A stretch of 63,151 nucleotides of DNA, the filler included, from Stramenopiles sp. TOSAG23-3 (taxonomy: Eukaryota), in NCBI GenBank assembly GCA_900128585.1. It is 6 parts of 6 records of this genome, joined end to end, with 100 filler letters (N's around TTAATTAATTAA, not from the genome) between each part and the next. Parts side by side here need not be neighbours in the genome. Positions count along the whole stretch, not along the records: positions 1 to 10,459 come from LT642814.1; 5 more parts are not named here. One strand, 5' to 3'. Positions 1 to 10,559 of the stretch are shown here, in pieces; within the stretch, counting starts at the first letter, position 1; the number at the start of each line of letters is the position of its first letter. The notes beneath the pieces were generated by a model that saw nothing but the letters and a program-made list of their open reading frames with translations, had not been told where the DNA came from and did no database searches. The position numbers were made by a program, and so were the translations under genes.

Positions 1-225
1 CGTCGTGGAGTCCCCCGTGCGCAGCCTCGCGCAGGTCATGGCGATGCAGCCCAGGGCGGAGTAAACTATGAGCATCACGAGTAGCCAGAACACCGCCCTC
101 TCCCACCCCAGAAAGGTCTTCGTCTCCAGCGTCGGGCCGAGCGTGTACAGGCCGATGGAGGAGAGGATTACTATGATCATCCCGAGGACGTACACGGCCG
201 ACTGAGCCCGTACGTGCCGCAGCAT
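1..225 (-). CDS. 5' part of a membrane protein, truncated by the window/scaffold edge
   Basis: My translation from the ATG at 225 stays open to base 1: MLRHVRAQSAVYVLGMIIVILSSIGLYTLGPTLETKTFLGWERAVFWLLVMLIVYSALGCIAMTCARLRTGDSTT. It has two hydrophobic helices and GC-rich, coding-like composition. Confidence 0.6.
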   Translation of the reverse strand, partial: MLRHVRAQSAVYVLGMIIVILSSIGLYTLGPTLETKTFLGWERAVFWLLVMLIVYSALGCIAMTCARLRTGDSTT

Positions 226-447
226 TTTGAGGGCGAGCGTGTAGGAAGGAAGGAAGAAAGTGACAAAACGGAGTGACGTATGCACAGGATTGGGATATAT
301 GGGGAAATAGACGATTCACATGGAAAGGAGAAAGAAAAACGATAATGAATGGTTCGTCATCTCGTCTTTGAATATATATACATAATAATATATCAAATGA
401 AAGATTCTGAGCAAGAAAACATCGACTCTTCATACATTCTCACTCAA

Positions 448-478
<31 letters not shown>

Positions 479-901
479 TATTAATTTTACCAAGAGAAGA
501 AGAAGAGAGAAGAGAGAAGAGAGAAGAGAGAAGAGAGACCAATCCGACTAATAGACTATTATAAATTACACCTCAGCTAAATCACGACGATCGATCACAC
601 TACCTACTCTGTACGGGTACAACAGGTACTAATTATTTTAATAAAAAACAACAAAAGAAGAAGAAGAAGAAAAAACAAAATAAATATAATTAATAATGAT
701 AATATAATAATAATGATTTTGTTTTAATATGAACATTAAAACAAAAAAAATGAAGGCGAAAAAATAAAAAGGGGCCTCCTTGTTCTTTTGGTGATTTGAA
801 ATATAAAAAGTGATAGGTCGAAAAATAGACATTTTTTATGTAATTGATACCCCGATACAAACACTGCTGGGCATTTTGGTAATTTATTTGCCGTTGTGAG
901 T

Positions 902-2956
902 ATGGCGACGCAAACGCGGCGGTACACCGCAATGCTTACGGACTTGGGGGGGAGACTCTGGCGAATTCCTCGGTGGAGGGTGTTGGTATTTTTCTACGGG
1001 TCCGTCTTCGTGGGGGTGACGGCGGTGTCTTTGTCGCACAGAAAACGCGAAAAGTCGAGGGAGACCGCGGGTGCACGTGGGAAGAAGAAAAAGGCGTCTT
1101 CCTCTGACCTTCTGTCTGTCCTTTTGAAACTGGCGCCGATCATTTTTCCTTCCTATACCTGCAAGGCGGCGCAGCAGCTATGCGTCTACACCCTGCTCTT
1201 GTTTTTCCGAGTCTTCTCGTACTCTTGGCTGGCGGACATAGGCTCTGCGGCAATAAAGTGCCTGGTTAATATGGACTGGGACGGTCTGTTCTTTGCCCAA
1301 AGTCGGTTCATGTCCCTCTGCATCCCTGTGTCGGTTATCAACGCTTTCGCACGGTACCAACAGCACCAGCTTGCCATGACCGTCCGGACGCACTTACTAG
1401 ATTTTATCAATGTGAACTTTATCAACGATCACCTGACATTTTACCGAGTCAGTTCATACGGGAAAAATTTGATGTCGACAGTGGACCAAAGAATAACCGT
1501 AGACGTGGAGCAGTTCAGCGAGAAGCTCAGCGAGACGTGGGGGTCCCTCGTTCGCCCCACATTCGAAACTTTTGTCTACTGCTACAACATCGCCAGAAAC
1601 CTTGGGGGGGTCCAACTTTTCTTGTTTTCGGGGTACTTTGCCATTTCTTCGTATTGGTTAAAGACCATTATGCCCAATTTTGGCGCAATCCTTGCCAAGC
1701 AGAAAGACCTGGAAGGGGACTTTCGAAACTGCCACAGTTCAATTATTGAGCATGCTGAAGAAATTGCGCTCTTGAGGGGAAGCTCCAGGGAAAACGAAAT
1801 TGCTGAGCAAACGTTTCGAAAGATTAAACTGGGCCGACAGGATGTGCTAGAGAAAAGGGCAATGATGTCCTTTTTGGACACGACGATAATCAAGCACTTT
1901 GGTGCCCTGGTCTCCTACGAAGTTATGATACCAGCAATGTACCTGGGAAAGGAAGGAGTCAATCTGGATACTGTCGGTGATCGAACACAGTACATGCTGC
2001 AATCGATCCAATACTTTAACACACTCGCTAGTGCTCTAAACGCTATGTACAACAATGCCTATGTTGGGTTCACGGAATTGGCGGGGATGGCGAATAGAGT
2101 AGAGGAATTAGTCACGCAGCTGGGTGTTCGCGGTGGTGCAGATGGGAAGGACACGGTTGCGGACGCGGTTGTTGAGATGGCAAGGCAGGCCCTTGAGGAA
2201 CAAGGTCATGGTTGTAGCAATAGTTTTGCGGCCTCCCCGATGGTTGTTCACAGTCGTACGAACGCTTCTGTCGAGTTTCAACACGCCACGATTATCTCCC
2301 CTGAAGGGCGACTTTTAGTGTTCGACATGAACCTTACGATCCGCAAAGGTGACCACACCATTATTGAGGGAGTTAATGGCAGTGGAAAATCCTCCATTTT
2401 GCGGACCATAGGCGGTTTATGGCCGCTTTGTGCGGGAAAAATTATTATCCCTCCAGCGAAGCAACAAATCCTTTTCATGCCTCAAAAATCTTATGTTTTT
2501 GTTGGGACCCTGCGGGAGCAGTTAATCTATCCAGACACTCCTCACTGCGAACTCTCTGAAGACGACCTGAATCGGCACATTGCTGGGCTTGAAAAATTAT
2601 TAAAGATTGTCGGATTGGATTCAGCGAAGCTTTTGGCAGACAGCAAATCGCTCAGAAACCGTGGAGAATGCACGGGTTGGGACGAGGTGTTTAATTGGGA
2701 TGATGTACTGAGCGGCGGGGAAAGACAGCGGTTGGGCTTTGCCCGTGTGTTCTACCATTGTCCAGATTTTGTGTGTCTAGACGAGGCAACCAGTGCCGTG
2801 TCTCATGACATGGAGGACAAATTATTCAGCATGTGCAAGCAAAGGAACATAACAATGATTTCCATAGCACACCATGCAGAGCTTCGTAAACACCACAAAC
2901 ATATTTTGACCATAAAGGGGGATGAATTGGGAGGCTGGAGCGTCGGAACTGTTTGA
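902..2956 (+). CDS. ABCD: Peroxisomal ABC half-transporter, subfamily D (PMP70/ALDP-like)
   Basis: DQRITVDV and EEIALLRG (EAA-like) in the TM domain, Walker A GVNGSGKSS, signature LSGGERQR, Walker B VCLDEATS and H-loop SIAH. The first ATG is at 902; the ORF track starts at GTG 896. Confidence 0.92.
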   Translation: MATQTRRYTAMLTDLGGRLWRIPRWRVLVFFYGSVFVGVTAVSLSHRKREKSRETAGARGKKKKASSSDLLSVLLKLAPIIFPSYTCKAAQQLCVYTLLLFFRVFSYSWLADIGSAAIKCLVNMDWDGLFFAQSRFMSLCIPVSVINAFARYQQHQLAMTVRTHLLDFINVNFINDHLTFYRVSSYGKNLMSTVDQRITVDVEQFSEKLSETWGSLVRPTFETFVYCYNIARNLGGVQLFLFSGYFAISSYWLKTIMPNFGAILAKQKDLEGDFRNCHSSIIEHAEEIALLRGSSRENEIAEQTFRKIKLGRQDVLEKRAMMSFLDTTIIKHFGALVSYEVMIPAMYLGKEGVNLDTVGDRTQYMLQSIQYFNTLASALNAMYNNAYVGFTELAGMANRVEELVTQLGVRGGADGKDTVADAVVEMARQALEEQGHGCSNSFAASPMVVHSRTNASVEFQHATIISPEGRLLVFDMNLTIRKGDHTIIEGVNGSGKSSILRTIGGLWPLCAGKIIIPPAKQQILFMPQKSYVFVGTLREQLIYPDTPHCELSEDDLNRHIAGLEKLLKIVGLDSAKLLADSKSLRNRGECTGWDEVFNWDDVLSGGERQRLGFARVFYHCPDFVCLDEATSAVSHDMEDKLFSMCKQRNITMISIAHHAELRKHHKHILTIKGDELGGWSVGTV

Positions 2957-3020
2957 CAAGAAAAAGATGGATCAATGAAAAAAAAACAAATTATATAGAG
3001 TATGCTTTAAAACTAAAAAT

Positions 3021-3243
3021 AACAAGAAAATTGGCTGCTGTAGTTGTGTTGTGATTGCCTGGATCCGTACAACTCTTTTGTTGTTGGGGGGGGTAGGTTA
3101 TCAGTGTCTCTGTGGTTGAGTCCAGATTATAGTATGTTTTTAAGTCAAGACTCTAATTATATAATGATATTGTGTGAAATGACTCTGCTCCGTTTTTTTT
3201 TAAATATCATATAACAGCCAAAATAACAGCCAATTTTCTTGTT
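3021..3243. repeat. Inverted pair of the AACAAGAAAATTGGCTG core of the dispersed 3'-intergenic element
   Basis: AACAAGAAAATTGGCTG at 3021-3037 and its exact reverse complement at 3227-3243. Extra ATAACAGCCA copies lie at 3211 and 3246. Confidence 0.8.
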
Positions 3244-3332
3244 TTATAACAGCCATTAATTTATTGTTTTTAACTGAAAACAATCGATAAGTATTTTCAA
3301 TGTACGAAAGTAAAAATAATTTTTTAACTATG

Positions 3333-6300
3333 TTACAGACTGTCGAATTGGGTGGGCAAAAGCCTTCGTTGAGGTGATACCCTCTTCTTCTTCTTTGTTG
3401 ACGAACGCGGGGGTGGACTTGGCTTTATCTTAGAACTGCTTTGCTGTCGGTTTGCAAAGACGCCCAGGGAGGACTTACTGTTCCCTTTCCTGAGCCTTAC
3501 CCCAGAGACGTACTTCTTTTCCAGCCCGTACGTGAGTCCAAGATTGTCCAAAAACGAACTTATTTCTTCCGGGTTGGTGGCCCCAGTGGACTGGAATTTG
3601 GGACTAGCAGCGCTGCTTGCCTTCATGGCCGCGCCCTCGTCCATGCCCTTTCCACTTTGAAGGCCATCAAAATCTATGAGATTCTCCCCAAACCCGGTGG
3701 CCAGTTCTAACTGCATTGTATGTCGTTCGTCCTCCAGCATTTTCTCGTACAGAGGCTCGTTCACTTGCGTTCGAGACCTTTTCTGGGGCAGAGGCGTCAA
3801 CGGTGCATTGGGCCAGTCTCTCGAACTCAGTTCGTACGAAAACCCTTCCTTGTAAGAGACTCGGGAGGAATTGCCGTGCCCTCTTGGCTCACCATCGCCA
3901 ATACCAAAGCCTGTTTTCCCCCGCATGCGCTTGCGAAGCTCAAGAATGTTTCCAAAGTCCAATCTCCCAAAAATTGCATGAACTCGTCGCCACGTGGCCG
4001 GGTACGCTTCCGCGTACGGTTCCATAACAGTGTCCGCAAGCTGCGCGAGGCATGCGGCAAACTCGTTCTGGAGCAGCACGCCTCTTCCCTTGTTCACGGA
4101 CGACACCATATTTACATTTCGGGCGTGTTGGTCGAATATTGCCATGCACTCCTCTGGTAGCAAACACAAGTCGCCAATGCGTCGACGGATACGCCTTGCT
4201 TTTGCTTTGTCCTCCCGCAGCAAACCAAAGTCGGCGCACAGGCGACGAAACATTATACGAGATACCCCAGAGTGCTCACAAGCAATCGCCTCAAATGTGG
4301 CGACGCCACGGCTTGCCCGGGCGGCGGTGTTGCCGGCGTTTGTTCTGGAATAGAAATTGAATATGTACTTTATGCCCGGTCGGTACCGTCGGATAATTTT
4401 GGACAGCATGACTCCGTCGTCCCTCCACAACGACTTTTCTTGGTTCTCGGCGACCTCTTGGGCGGCCAGAAAACTCTTCATTTCGTTCGATCCCCCGGAA
4501 ACATCCAGTGCGCTTGTATCCAAGGACACGAACGAGTCCCAGTCCTGTCCGGACGCAGTGTCATCCCATGTGCTGGTCCCGGTGCCCGTGGTCCTATTCG
4601 CTTTCTTGTTTACATACGTTGCTTGCGTTCCAGCGTTTGCAACAACAACACACGGGACGTTGTACCGAGTGTACACGCCCTCTTCGTCGGCCTCGTTTAC
4701 TTCCTCAAAATCTTCGCGCGCTTGCAACGAGTACTCTAGTGCGGCTTCCGTTTCTTTGGCTTTGTCTTTCTCCCGTGCTACCGCGACTGCCTTTGCCGCT
4801 TCTTCCCTGTTCTCCTGCGCCCAGCTTTCTCGAACGTTGTCCATGTACGTCTTAAACTCATCGAAGGAGATGAGACCACTTTGGTCCGTGTCCATCTCCC
4901 GGAACATGTCTAATTCGGCACTGTCGGCCGCGTCCATGGAGCCTTTGTAGCCCCACTCGGCCGCTTTCTTTTCAAAGCCTTTGTGGAACTCCTCCATGGA
5001 CAATTGCCCATCTTGGTCTAAGTCTAACTCGCGAAACATGATTTCGAATTCGTCGGACCTCTTGCTAAATTCGGTTACGGATGCCCGGCGGCGGCGTGCC
5101 GCAATTTCCTTCCGGCGCTTCTTCACCCCAACCCCACCGTGGCTCGTAATGCAATTGTAAAACTCGTCGCTGTTCATGACACTTTTTCCCTTTCCATCCT
5201 TGCGGGGAAAGTCCTCCCGAGCCAAGTGCTCCACCGTATCTGCAGGCTCTATCTGCTCTTGCAGCGCAATGATTTCGTCGGGCAAGGGGTCCGCCTTCCA
5301 GCGACGAATGCGGCCCACAAAATCTTTGACGGGAAAGTCCCGGTCGTACGGCAAAATGTTCATTATCTCTTCCCCCACGGTTGGGGCACTTGCAGCGTTT
5401 ACTAGGGCGGTTATCAAAGCATCGAAGCGGACCTGTCGGTTCAATTCCTTCCGGTTTTCCGCGTCTTTGCGGACGTTCCGGCCCCTCTGAATGGCTTGAA
5501 TCTTTGCGGCCGCCTCTTCTTTTTCCTTTTGGTACTGCCGTTCCTGGCGGCCACGGATCAGGGCTTGAATCTTCGCCGCGGCCTCTTCGTCCGCGGGCGG
5601 TGCGCCCATTACGTCCTTTATGTTCTTCCAGATTGTATCGAACGAATCCATGTTTGGGTCCGATACGCTTACGCGTCGAAACGCAGAAATCTCGTTGCCC
5701 TCGTCGTCCACCGCGCGGTTGTTAAAGACTTCCTCCACATTTTCCATGTTCGACTGGAACGCATCCATGGTGTGTAAAACCTCTGCTTCGGCGTCTTTTG
5801 GGCGCTTCTCCAGGCGTGCGGCGACGTCGCTGTTCTCGGCTGGGCTATAATCTACGTGGTAGAGAATTTTGGTTTCAGGGTCAATTCTGCGCCCCTTGCT
5901 TCGTTCCACAACTTCGTTGTCGTCCAGGTCTAAAACAAGCATTGCGGAGACGGGAACGCCCGAGTCAAATATCGCGTTTGCCTGTTTCTTTGTTCGGGGA
6001 AACCCTGCAACGACGTAACCGTTCGCAATGGCATCGCCTTGTTTTACCCTGTCGATGACCAATTTAATGGTCAAATCTTCTGGCACGGAGCGGTCCGCGT
6101 CAAGCAGCCTTTTTAACTCAAAGCCTTCTTGGGACCCAGACTCTATTTCGCTGGAATACATCGCGTCCAGAGTTAGAGGAAGAATCCCGTATTCTTCTTC
6201 AAAACGTTTTGTGATCATTTTCTTTCCAGACATGGGCGGCCCGACCAGCATAAACTGGGGCTTTGGTTTCTCTTTTCGCTTCAACACGATGCGAGGTTCG

Positions 6301-6608
6301 CCATTCGGCTGCTCCGGCTGTGCCTCGGGCTCGGGCTTAGGGTCGGCCTCGGGCTCGGGCTTAGGGTCAGCCTCGGGCTCGGGCTCAGGGTCAGCCTCGG
6401 GCTCGGGCTCGGGCTCAGGGTCAGCCTCGGGCTCTGGTTCTTCTTCAGTAGCAGCTGTTTCATCTGCCATTTTTTCCGCAGTGTCTGTGCTTTCGTCCGC
6501 TGTGTTTTCTTGGCTATCCTCTGCCTGTGGGAAACTGCTTTCGCCTAAAGTGACTTCGTCTCCTTGCCCCTGTACGACGTCCTCTTCCAATTGTTTGTCG
6601 GCTTCCAT
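3333..6608 (-). CDS. Adenylate-kinase-like domain + 2 IQ motifs + EF-hands; probable flagellar/Ca2+-regulated protein
   Basis: P-loop GPPMSGKK, GYVVAGFPRT, LID GRRIDPETKILYH. IQ motifs IQALIRGRQER and IQAIQRGRNVR. EF loops DLDQDGQLSMEEF and DTDQSGLISFDEF. N-terminal PE-rich repeat. Confidence 0.85.
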   Translation of the reverse strand: MEADKQLEEDVVQGQGDEVTLGESSFPQAEDSQENTADESTDTAEKMADETAATEEEPEPEADPEPEPEPEADPEPEPEADPKPEPEADPKPEPEAQPEQPNGEPRIVLKRKEKPKPQFMLVGPPMSGKKMITKRFEEEYGILPLTLDAMYSSEIESGSQEGFELKRLLDADRSVPEDLTIKLVIDRVKQGDAIANGYVVAGFPRTKKQANAIFDSGVPVSAMLVLDLDDNEVVERSKGRRIDPETKILYHVDYSPAENSDVAARLEKRPKDAEAEVLHTMDAFQSNMENVEEVFNNRAVDDEGNEISAFRRVSVSDPNMDSFDTIWKNIKDVMGAPPADEEAAAKIQALIRGRQERQYQKEKEEAAAKIQAIQRGRNVRKDAENRKELNRQVRFDALITALVNAASAPTVGEEIMNILPYDRDFPVKDFVGRIRRWKADPLPDEIIALQEQIEPADTVEHLAREDFPRKDGKGKSVMNSDEFYNCITSHGGVGVKKRRKEIAARRRRASVTEFSKRSDEFEIMFRELDLDQDGQLSMEEFHKGFEKKAAEWGYKGSMDAADSAELDMFREMDTDQSGLISFDEFKTYMDNVRESWAQENREEAAKAVAVAREKDKAKETEAALEYSLQAREDFEEVNEADEEGVYTRYNVPCVVVANAGTQATYVNKKANRTTGTGTSTWDDTASGQDWDSFVSLDTSALDVSGGSNEMKSFLAAQEVAENQEKSLWRDDGVMLSKIIRRYRPGIKYIFNFYSRTNAGNTAARASRGVATFEAIACEHSGVSRIMFRRLCADFGLLREDKAKARRIRRRIGDLCLLPEECMAIFDQHARNVNMVSSVNKGRGVLLQNEFAACLAQLADTVMEPYAEAYPATWRRVHAIFGRLDFGNILELRKRMRGKTGFGIGDGEPRGHGNSSRVSYKEGFSYELSSRDWPNAPLTPLPQKRSRTQVNEPLYEKMLEDERHTMQLELATGFGENLIDFDGLQSGKGMDEGAAMKASSAASPKFQSTGATNPEEISSFLDNLGLTYGLEKKYVSGVRLRKGNSKSSLGVFANRQQSSSKIKPSPPPRSSTKKKKRVSPQRRLLPTQFDSL
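6322..6437 (-). repeat. Coding minisatellite encoding (PE)nAD repeats
   Basis: Repeated ctcggg hexamers grouped in 24-30 bp units, encoding PEPEADPEPEPEPEADP... Confidence 0.85.
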
Positions 6609-7442
6609 TTCGTAACTAAACTAAATAATTAAAACGTGTTCACAAAACAAAGATGGTAGTTCAAATTCTTGCCGTTTGCGCAGTCGATTGTGTGTTTCAT
6701 CAATTAATTCGAAATCAATCTCTCTCCTTTCAATTTGAATCAATAGAAGGGAGTACATAATCATTATACTGTATACATTTTCCTAAAATTGTTTACAACT
6801 GCCTTCTTCTTCATTTTGTGTTGTCTCTAATATATTCTTCATATTTTTTAATTATCTATCTGCCTTGCTATCAAGCTGTTTGTTAAATTCTTTTGTCCAT
6901 TATTTCATTTCTCATTATTTATCTCATAATAATGGTATTTCTATATATTTCATTTTAATTATTTAAATACCGGTACAGTGTACAGTATTATAATTGTATA
7001 TTTATAATAAAGACTTGTAATCTAAATTTAGACTTATTCGTTACACTTTTTCGTCGCCTCGCGAGGTTGTCCATCCCTACTCCCTACGTACATGCTGCGT
7101 AGATATTATTACCAATTACAACGAATAATAAACGTAATGCAATTCGTTATTATTTTTTTAACCTGAAGAACTGACTCTTCTTTTTTGTTCTTGTTGTTGT
7201 TGTTGTTGTTGTTGTGTAATAAATGTAATAATAATAAATAATAAAATAATACTAGTCTATAGTAGTGTAATCCCGTTATCTAATACATCCCAATGCTGTG
7301 TCTATCTTATTGTAATAAAATAATTAAAAAATTCTTCTTCTTCTTTTTTTTTTTTTTTTATATTATTAATTTTTTTTTGTTGTATTTTTTTTGAAAGAAG
7401 AGCGCGAAGATGATAGTCTAGTCATGTCACGAAAAATGATAC

Positions 7443-7571
7443 TACTAGAAAAGCTGGCCTAGTTGCTTCTTCCATTTTGAAACATAGTATGCCAAGTACT
7501 TGCACTTACTAGACAAGCCGATCTAGTTGCTTCTTCCATTTTGAAAAATAGTGAGCCAAGTAGTTGCTCTT
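7443..7571 (+). repeat. Two imperfect tandem copies of a 64-bp unit just upstream of the M20 start codon
   Basis: CTAGTTGCTTCTTCCATTTTGAAA occurs at 7459 and 7523 (period 64), and the flanks also align. Confidence 0.85.
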
Positions 7572-7591
7572 CGTATAGACTGTTATAAACC

Positions 7592-8920
7592 ATGAGCAGC
7601 ATGGTTGGAAAGAAGCGGAAGAAACTTCATGCGCCCGGACAAACGTCCCACTCCGAGAAAAATATCAAAATAAGTGAAATTGTCTCAAGTCTGAAGGACT
7701 ACGTGCATAGTCTGCGTGATCGGCTGCATCGAATTCCTGAGCTTCGGTGGGAAGAACAGAAAACAGTGACTCTCGTGAAGAAAACCATAGAGGGGATAAT
7801 GAAGCAGAAGAGCGTGGGGAGGGACGTAGCGGACGTGAATATGGTGGAGTTGACCGGCGGTGTTGTGGTGAATGTGACACTGACCCGCAAGAAGCGAGTC
7901 GGTGGCAAGGCGCTTTTGCTGAGGGCCGATTTGGACGGTCTTCCGGTAGAGGAGCCTGACAGCGACATTTCGTCGCAGCACAAAGGGAAAATGCATGCTT
8001 GCGGGCACGATATGCATACTGCAATGTTGCTAACAGCGCTGCGAGCAGTGCTTTGTTCGGGTGCCCCTATCGGCGAAAACATACAGAGTTTGAAATTTGT
8101 CTTTCAACGCGCTGAAGAAAACCCTATCACAGAATCAGGTGGCAGTCATTTGGTCAACGTAGAAAACGTTACTGAAGGTGTTGATGAGTGCTATGGCTTG
8201 CATGTGTGGGCCTCCCTGCCATCCGGAAAATTTGCAACAGCTGCGGGGCCGTTCATGGCAAATAGTGACCGCCTCAATGTTGAGATACAATGTTCCGGTG
8301 GGCACGCCAGCCAACCACATCAAGCCAGCAATGCCATAGATGTATCAACAGACATCATCGCAGGGTTGCGAAACTTTCCTGTCCAAACACTTGGCCCAAC
8401 GGAACCGTGCGCTCTTACCCCAACTGTTTTAAACTCCCATGGCGATGCGAGCAATGTGATTCCCTCTAAGGTTAGTTTATGGTACGGAGTTCGCACTTTT
8501 TTGAAAATGGACAGAAGGATAGAATTTCACAAACAACTTCGAATCAAAATTGAGAAAATTGCTGCTGGGTCTTTCGCTGGGACCAGCAGTGATGGCAGCG
8601 TTGCCGTCAATGCGAACTCTATTTTGGGACATCCAGCCGTAATTAATGCCCGCAGTACTGTACAAAGCTCGGCCGGCGCACTGAAGGGGTATTTTGGGGG
8701 CGAAAGGGTCGATGCTGAATCTCCACAGTACTTGGCAGGCGAAGATTTTGCGCACTACCTTAACTCGAAACCTGGCTGTTTCTGGTTCCTTGGAGCAAAC
8801 AAACCAGGGTGCGGAGATCACCACAGTCCTAGCTTTTCGCCAAATCCCGAGGTTCTGGGTGACGGTGTAGTCTTTTGGCTATTGCTGATTGCTGGTTCTG
8901 ATGTGATCGCAAGTCAGTAA
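7592..8920 (+). CDS. M20D family amidohydrolase (ILR1/hippurate hydrolase-like)
   Basis: LHRIPEL, LRADLDGLP, MHACGHDMH, FQRAEE, GLHV, GGHASQPH, GEDFAHY, HHSPSF. Confidence 0.92.
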   Translation: MSSMVGKKRKKLHAPGQTSHSEKNIKISEIVSSLKDYVHSLRDRLHRIPELRWEEQKTVTLVKKTIEGIMKQKSVGRDVADVNMVELTGGVVVNVTLTRKKRVGGKALLLRADLDGLPVEEPDSDISSQHKGKMHACGHDMHTAMLLTALRAVLCSGAPIGENIQSLKFVFQRAEENPITESGGSHLVNVENVTEGVDECYGLHVWASLPSGKFATAAGPFMANSDRLNVEIQCSGGHASQPHQASNAIDVSTDIIAGLRNFPVQTLGPTEPCALTPTVLNSHGDASNVIPSKVSLWYGVRTFLKMDRRIEFHKQLRIKIEKIAAGSFAGTSSDGSVAVNANSILGHPAVINARSTVQSSAGALKGYFGGERVDAESPQYLAGEDFAHYLNSKPGCFWFLGANKPGCGDHHSPSFSPNPEVLGDGVVFWLLLIAGSDVIASQ

Positions 8921-9015
8921 AGAGATAGAGAAAGAGAGGGAGACGTGAGGAAATGTTTCATGTCCGGTGGTACATAATTTAATTTTTTGTTTGTTGATCT
9001 AGAGGTATAAACATT

Positions 9016-9070
9016 AAACGAGAAAATGGGCTTTTATTTAAGTATAATTAAAATTAATATACTGCGAACT
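9016..9070 (+). repeat. Copy of the ~55-bp dispersed 3'-intergenic element
   Basis: AAACGAGAAAATGGGCTTTTATTTAAGTATAATTAAAATTAATATACTGCGAACT aligns with 23137-23197 and with the reverse complement of 26806-26856. Confidence 0.8.
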
Positions 9071-9617
9071 GAACTCTAAATTAGAGGCATAAAAACATAG
9101 ATAAAATTTATCTTAGCGCTTACTAATCATGGAAGTTAGTAGAACTAAAAAAACAAAGTATAAAGCATTTTTTTTATAGTATCATATGCTTTATATATTT
9201 TGGTTTTTTTTTCATATGCTTTACGAAATATTATCACCTAATGGCCTAATTTTTCTGGTACAACAAAATGAAGAGCAACAGAGGAGAATGGAACTCCAAG
9301 ATTATTTGTTATGTTATTAGAGTTAGAGATTTAATGGTGTGAGCCCATCGGACAATAATATTGTCGTCTTCGAGCTAGAAATTGTTGTACAACTTTTGTT
9401 GTTTCACGACAATAATATTATAATAACTGCTGACAACCTGAAGAATGATTTACGAAAATAATTGATAAATAAAGTGAGCGTCTTCAAACATACTATAAAA
9501 AAACAAAAATTATATAATAGTGTGTAATGTTTTAAGACGCTCTATTTAAAAAGGAAGGTAAAACCGTTTAAGAACCCAAACTCCTCCTATAAAAAACTAT
9601 ATATGATTTGTTCTTTT

Positions 9618-10094
9618 CTAAATTAGTCGCCTCCTGAATGAACCTCTACGCTCTGCTCGTTTTGGGAACTTCGTTGGTCCAACATAGGAGGGAGAGAGTG
9701 GAAACTGTCTACGGTCGCTCACATCGCTTGGCGGTTCCATGACATCGAAGCCGTCATCAAAATCACCATTGCTATCACCCCATTCAGACCCTGGTCCTGA
9801 TGGTGCTGATATCCCGTTAGCTTCGCTTTCCGTGTCAACCCCAACCCTAACCTTCTTGAAACCTCTTCCATCATGTCGAGCTGGTTTCCATCGGGGGGCG
9901 GGGCGCCGCTGGGGTCCTCTTCCATCACTTCTACATCCTCTGAGTTGCCTTCCGTATGGTTGCGAGACTGCCATCGCTGCACCGAATGAGTCTCTCTCTA
10001 ACACAAAGGCGTGTAAAGGTGCAACTTCCAGGGCACTGACGCCTAGTACTACCAACGCTGACGTTGCTCGCCTTGTTGAAAGAGTTGCTCCCAT
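9618..10094 (-). CDS. Hypothetical protein; exon structure uncertain
   Basis: GC-rich island in AT-rich DNA with an MGATLS start (MGxxxS). An overlapping frame (9719-9982) looks equally protein-like, so small introns may switch frames. Confidence 0.4.
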   Translation of the reverse strand: MGATLSTRRATSALVVLGVSALEVAPLHAFVLERDSFGAAMAVSQPYGRQLRGCRSDGRGPQRRPAPRWKPARHDGRGFKKVRVGVDTESEANGISAPSGPGSEWGDSNGDFDDGFDVMEPPSDVSDRRQFPLSPSYVGPTKFPKRAERRGSFRRRLI

Positions 10095-10355
10095 GGTTGA
10101 TCGTTTCGATACGACTATTTAAACCTTCTGTTTAGTTTTACTTGTTATATTTACCAGCTCTGGCGTTTTTGTGTCTCTTACGGTGAAAATATACCTGCCC
10201 TCTATTTTGTTTATCTTAAACTATTTTCGACGTGACATTCGTTTTGTTGGTTTGTTCTGGTATTGTTCACACCATTAGGGTGATGATTTTTAATAATAGA
10301 CGACTAGTTCTCTTTGGTCAAATAAGTAGCAGTGAATGATGATGAAATGAAGACA

Positions 10356-10459
10356 CATAGCATAGACATAGTGCTGAACCATTTTCACTTCAAGGTTTAG
10401 TTCTTTAAATACATAGTCATAGCATAGATATAGTGCGAACCATTTTCACTTCAAGGTTT
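10356..10459 (+). repeat. Direct repeat (~43 bp, period ~62) at the scaffold end
   Basis: CATAGCATAGA(C/T)ATAGTGC(T)GAACCATTTTCACTTCAAGGTTT at 10356-10398 and 10418-10459. The scaffold ends exactly at the end of copy 2. Confidence 0.85.
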
Positions 10460-10559
10460 NNNNNNNNNNNNNNNNNNNNNNNNNNNNNNNNNNNNNNNNN
10501 NNNTTAATTAATTAANNNNNNNNNNNNNNNNNNNNNNNNNNNNNNNNNNNNNNNNNNNN
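10460..10559. other. Artificial scaffold linker
   Basis: 44 N + TTAATTAATTAA (stops in all six frames) + 44 N. Confidence 0.98.

Noticed and set aside
349-932. Short ORFs in AT-rich intergenic DNA (also 14249-15066, 30894-31136, 34764-35036, 57776-57979)
   Set aside because: They are low-complexity F/Y/I/K translations of simple-sequence DNA.
6337-6366. TTAGGG telomere-like hexamers
   Set aside because: Two isolated copies inside the PE-coding minisatellite.
3441-6615. Numerous antisense and overlapping ORFs in the ORF track, here and under other long genes
   Set aside because: They are shadows of GC-rich coding strands with no recognisable motifs.
10356-10459. CRISPR-like repeat-spacer arrangement
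   Set aside because: Only two repeats, a eukaryotic context and no cas genes.
10504-10515. TTAATTAATTAA palindrome repeated five times at ~10.5-kb spacing
   Set aside because: It is always centred in 44+44 N, so it is a synthetic six-frame stop linker and not a biological periodic element.
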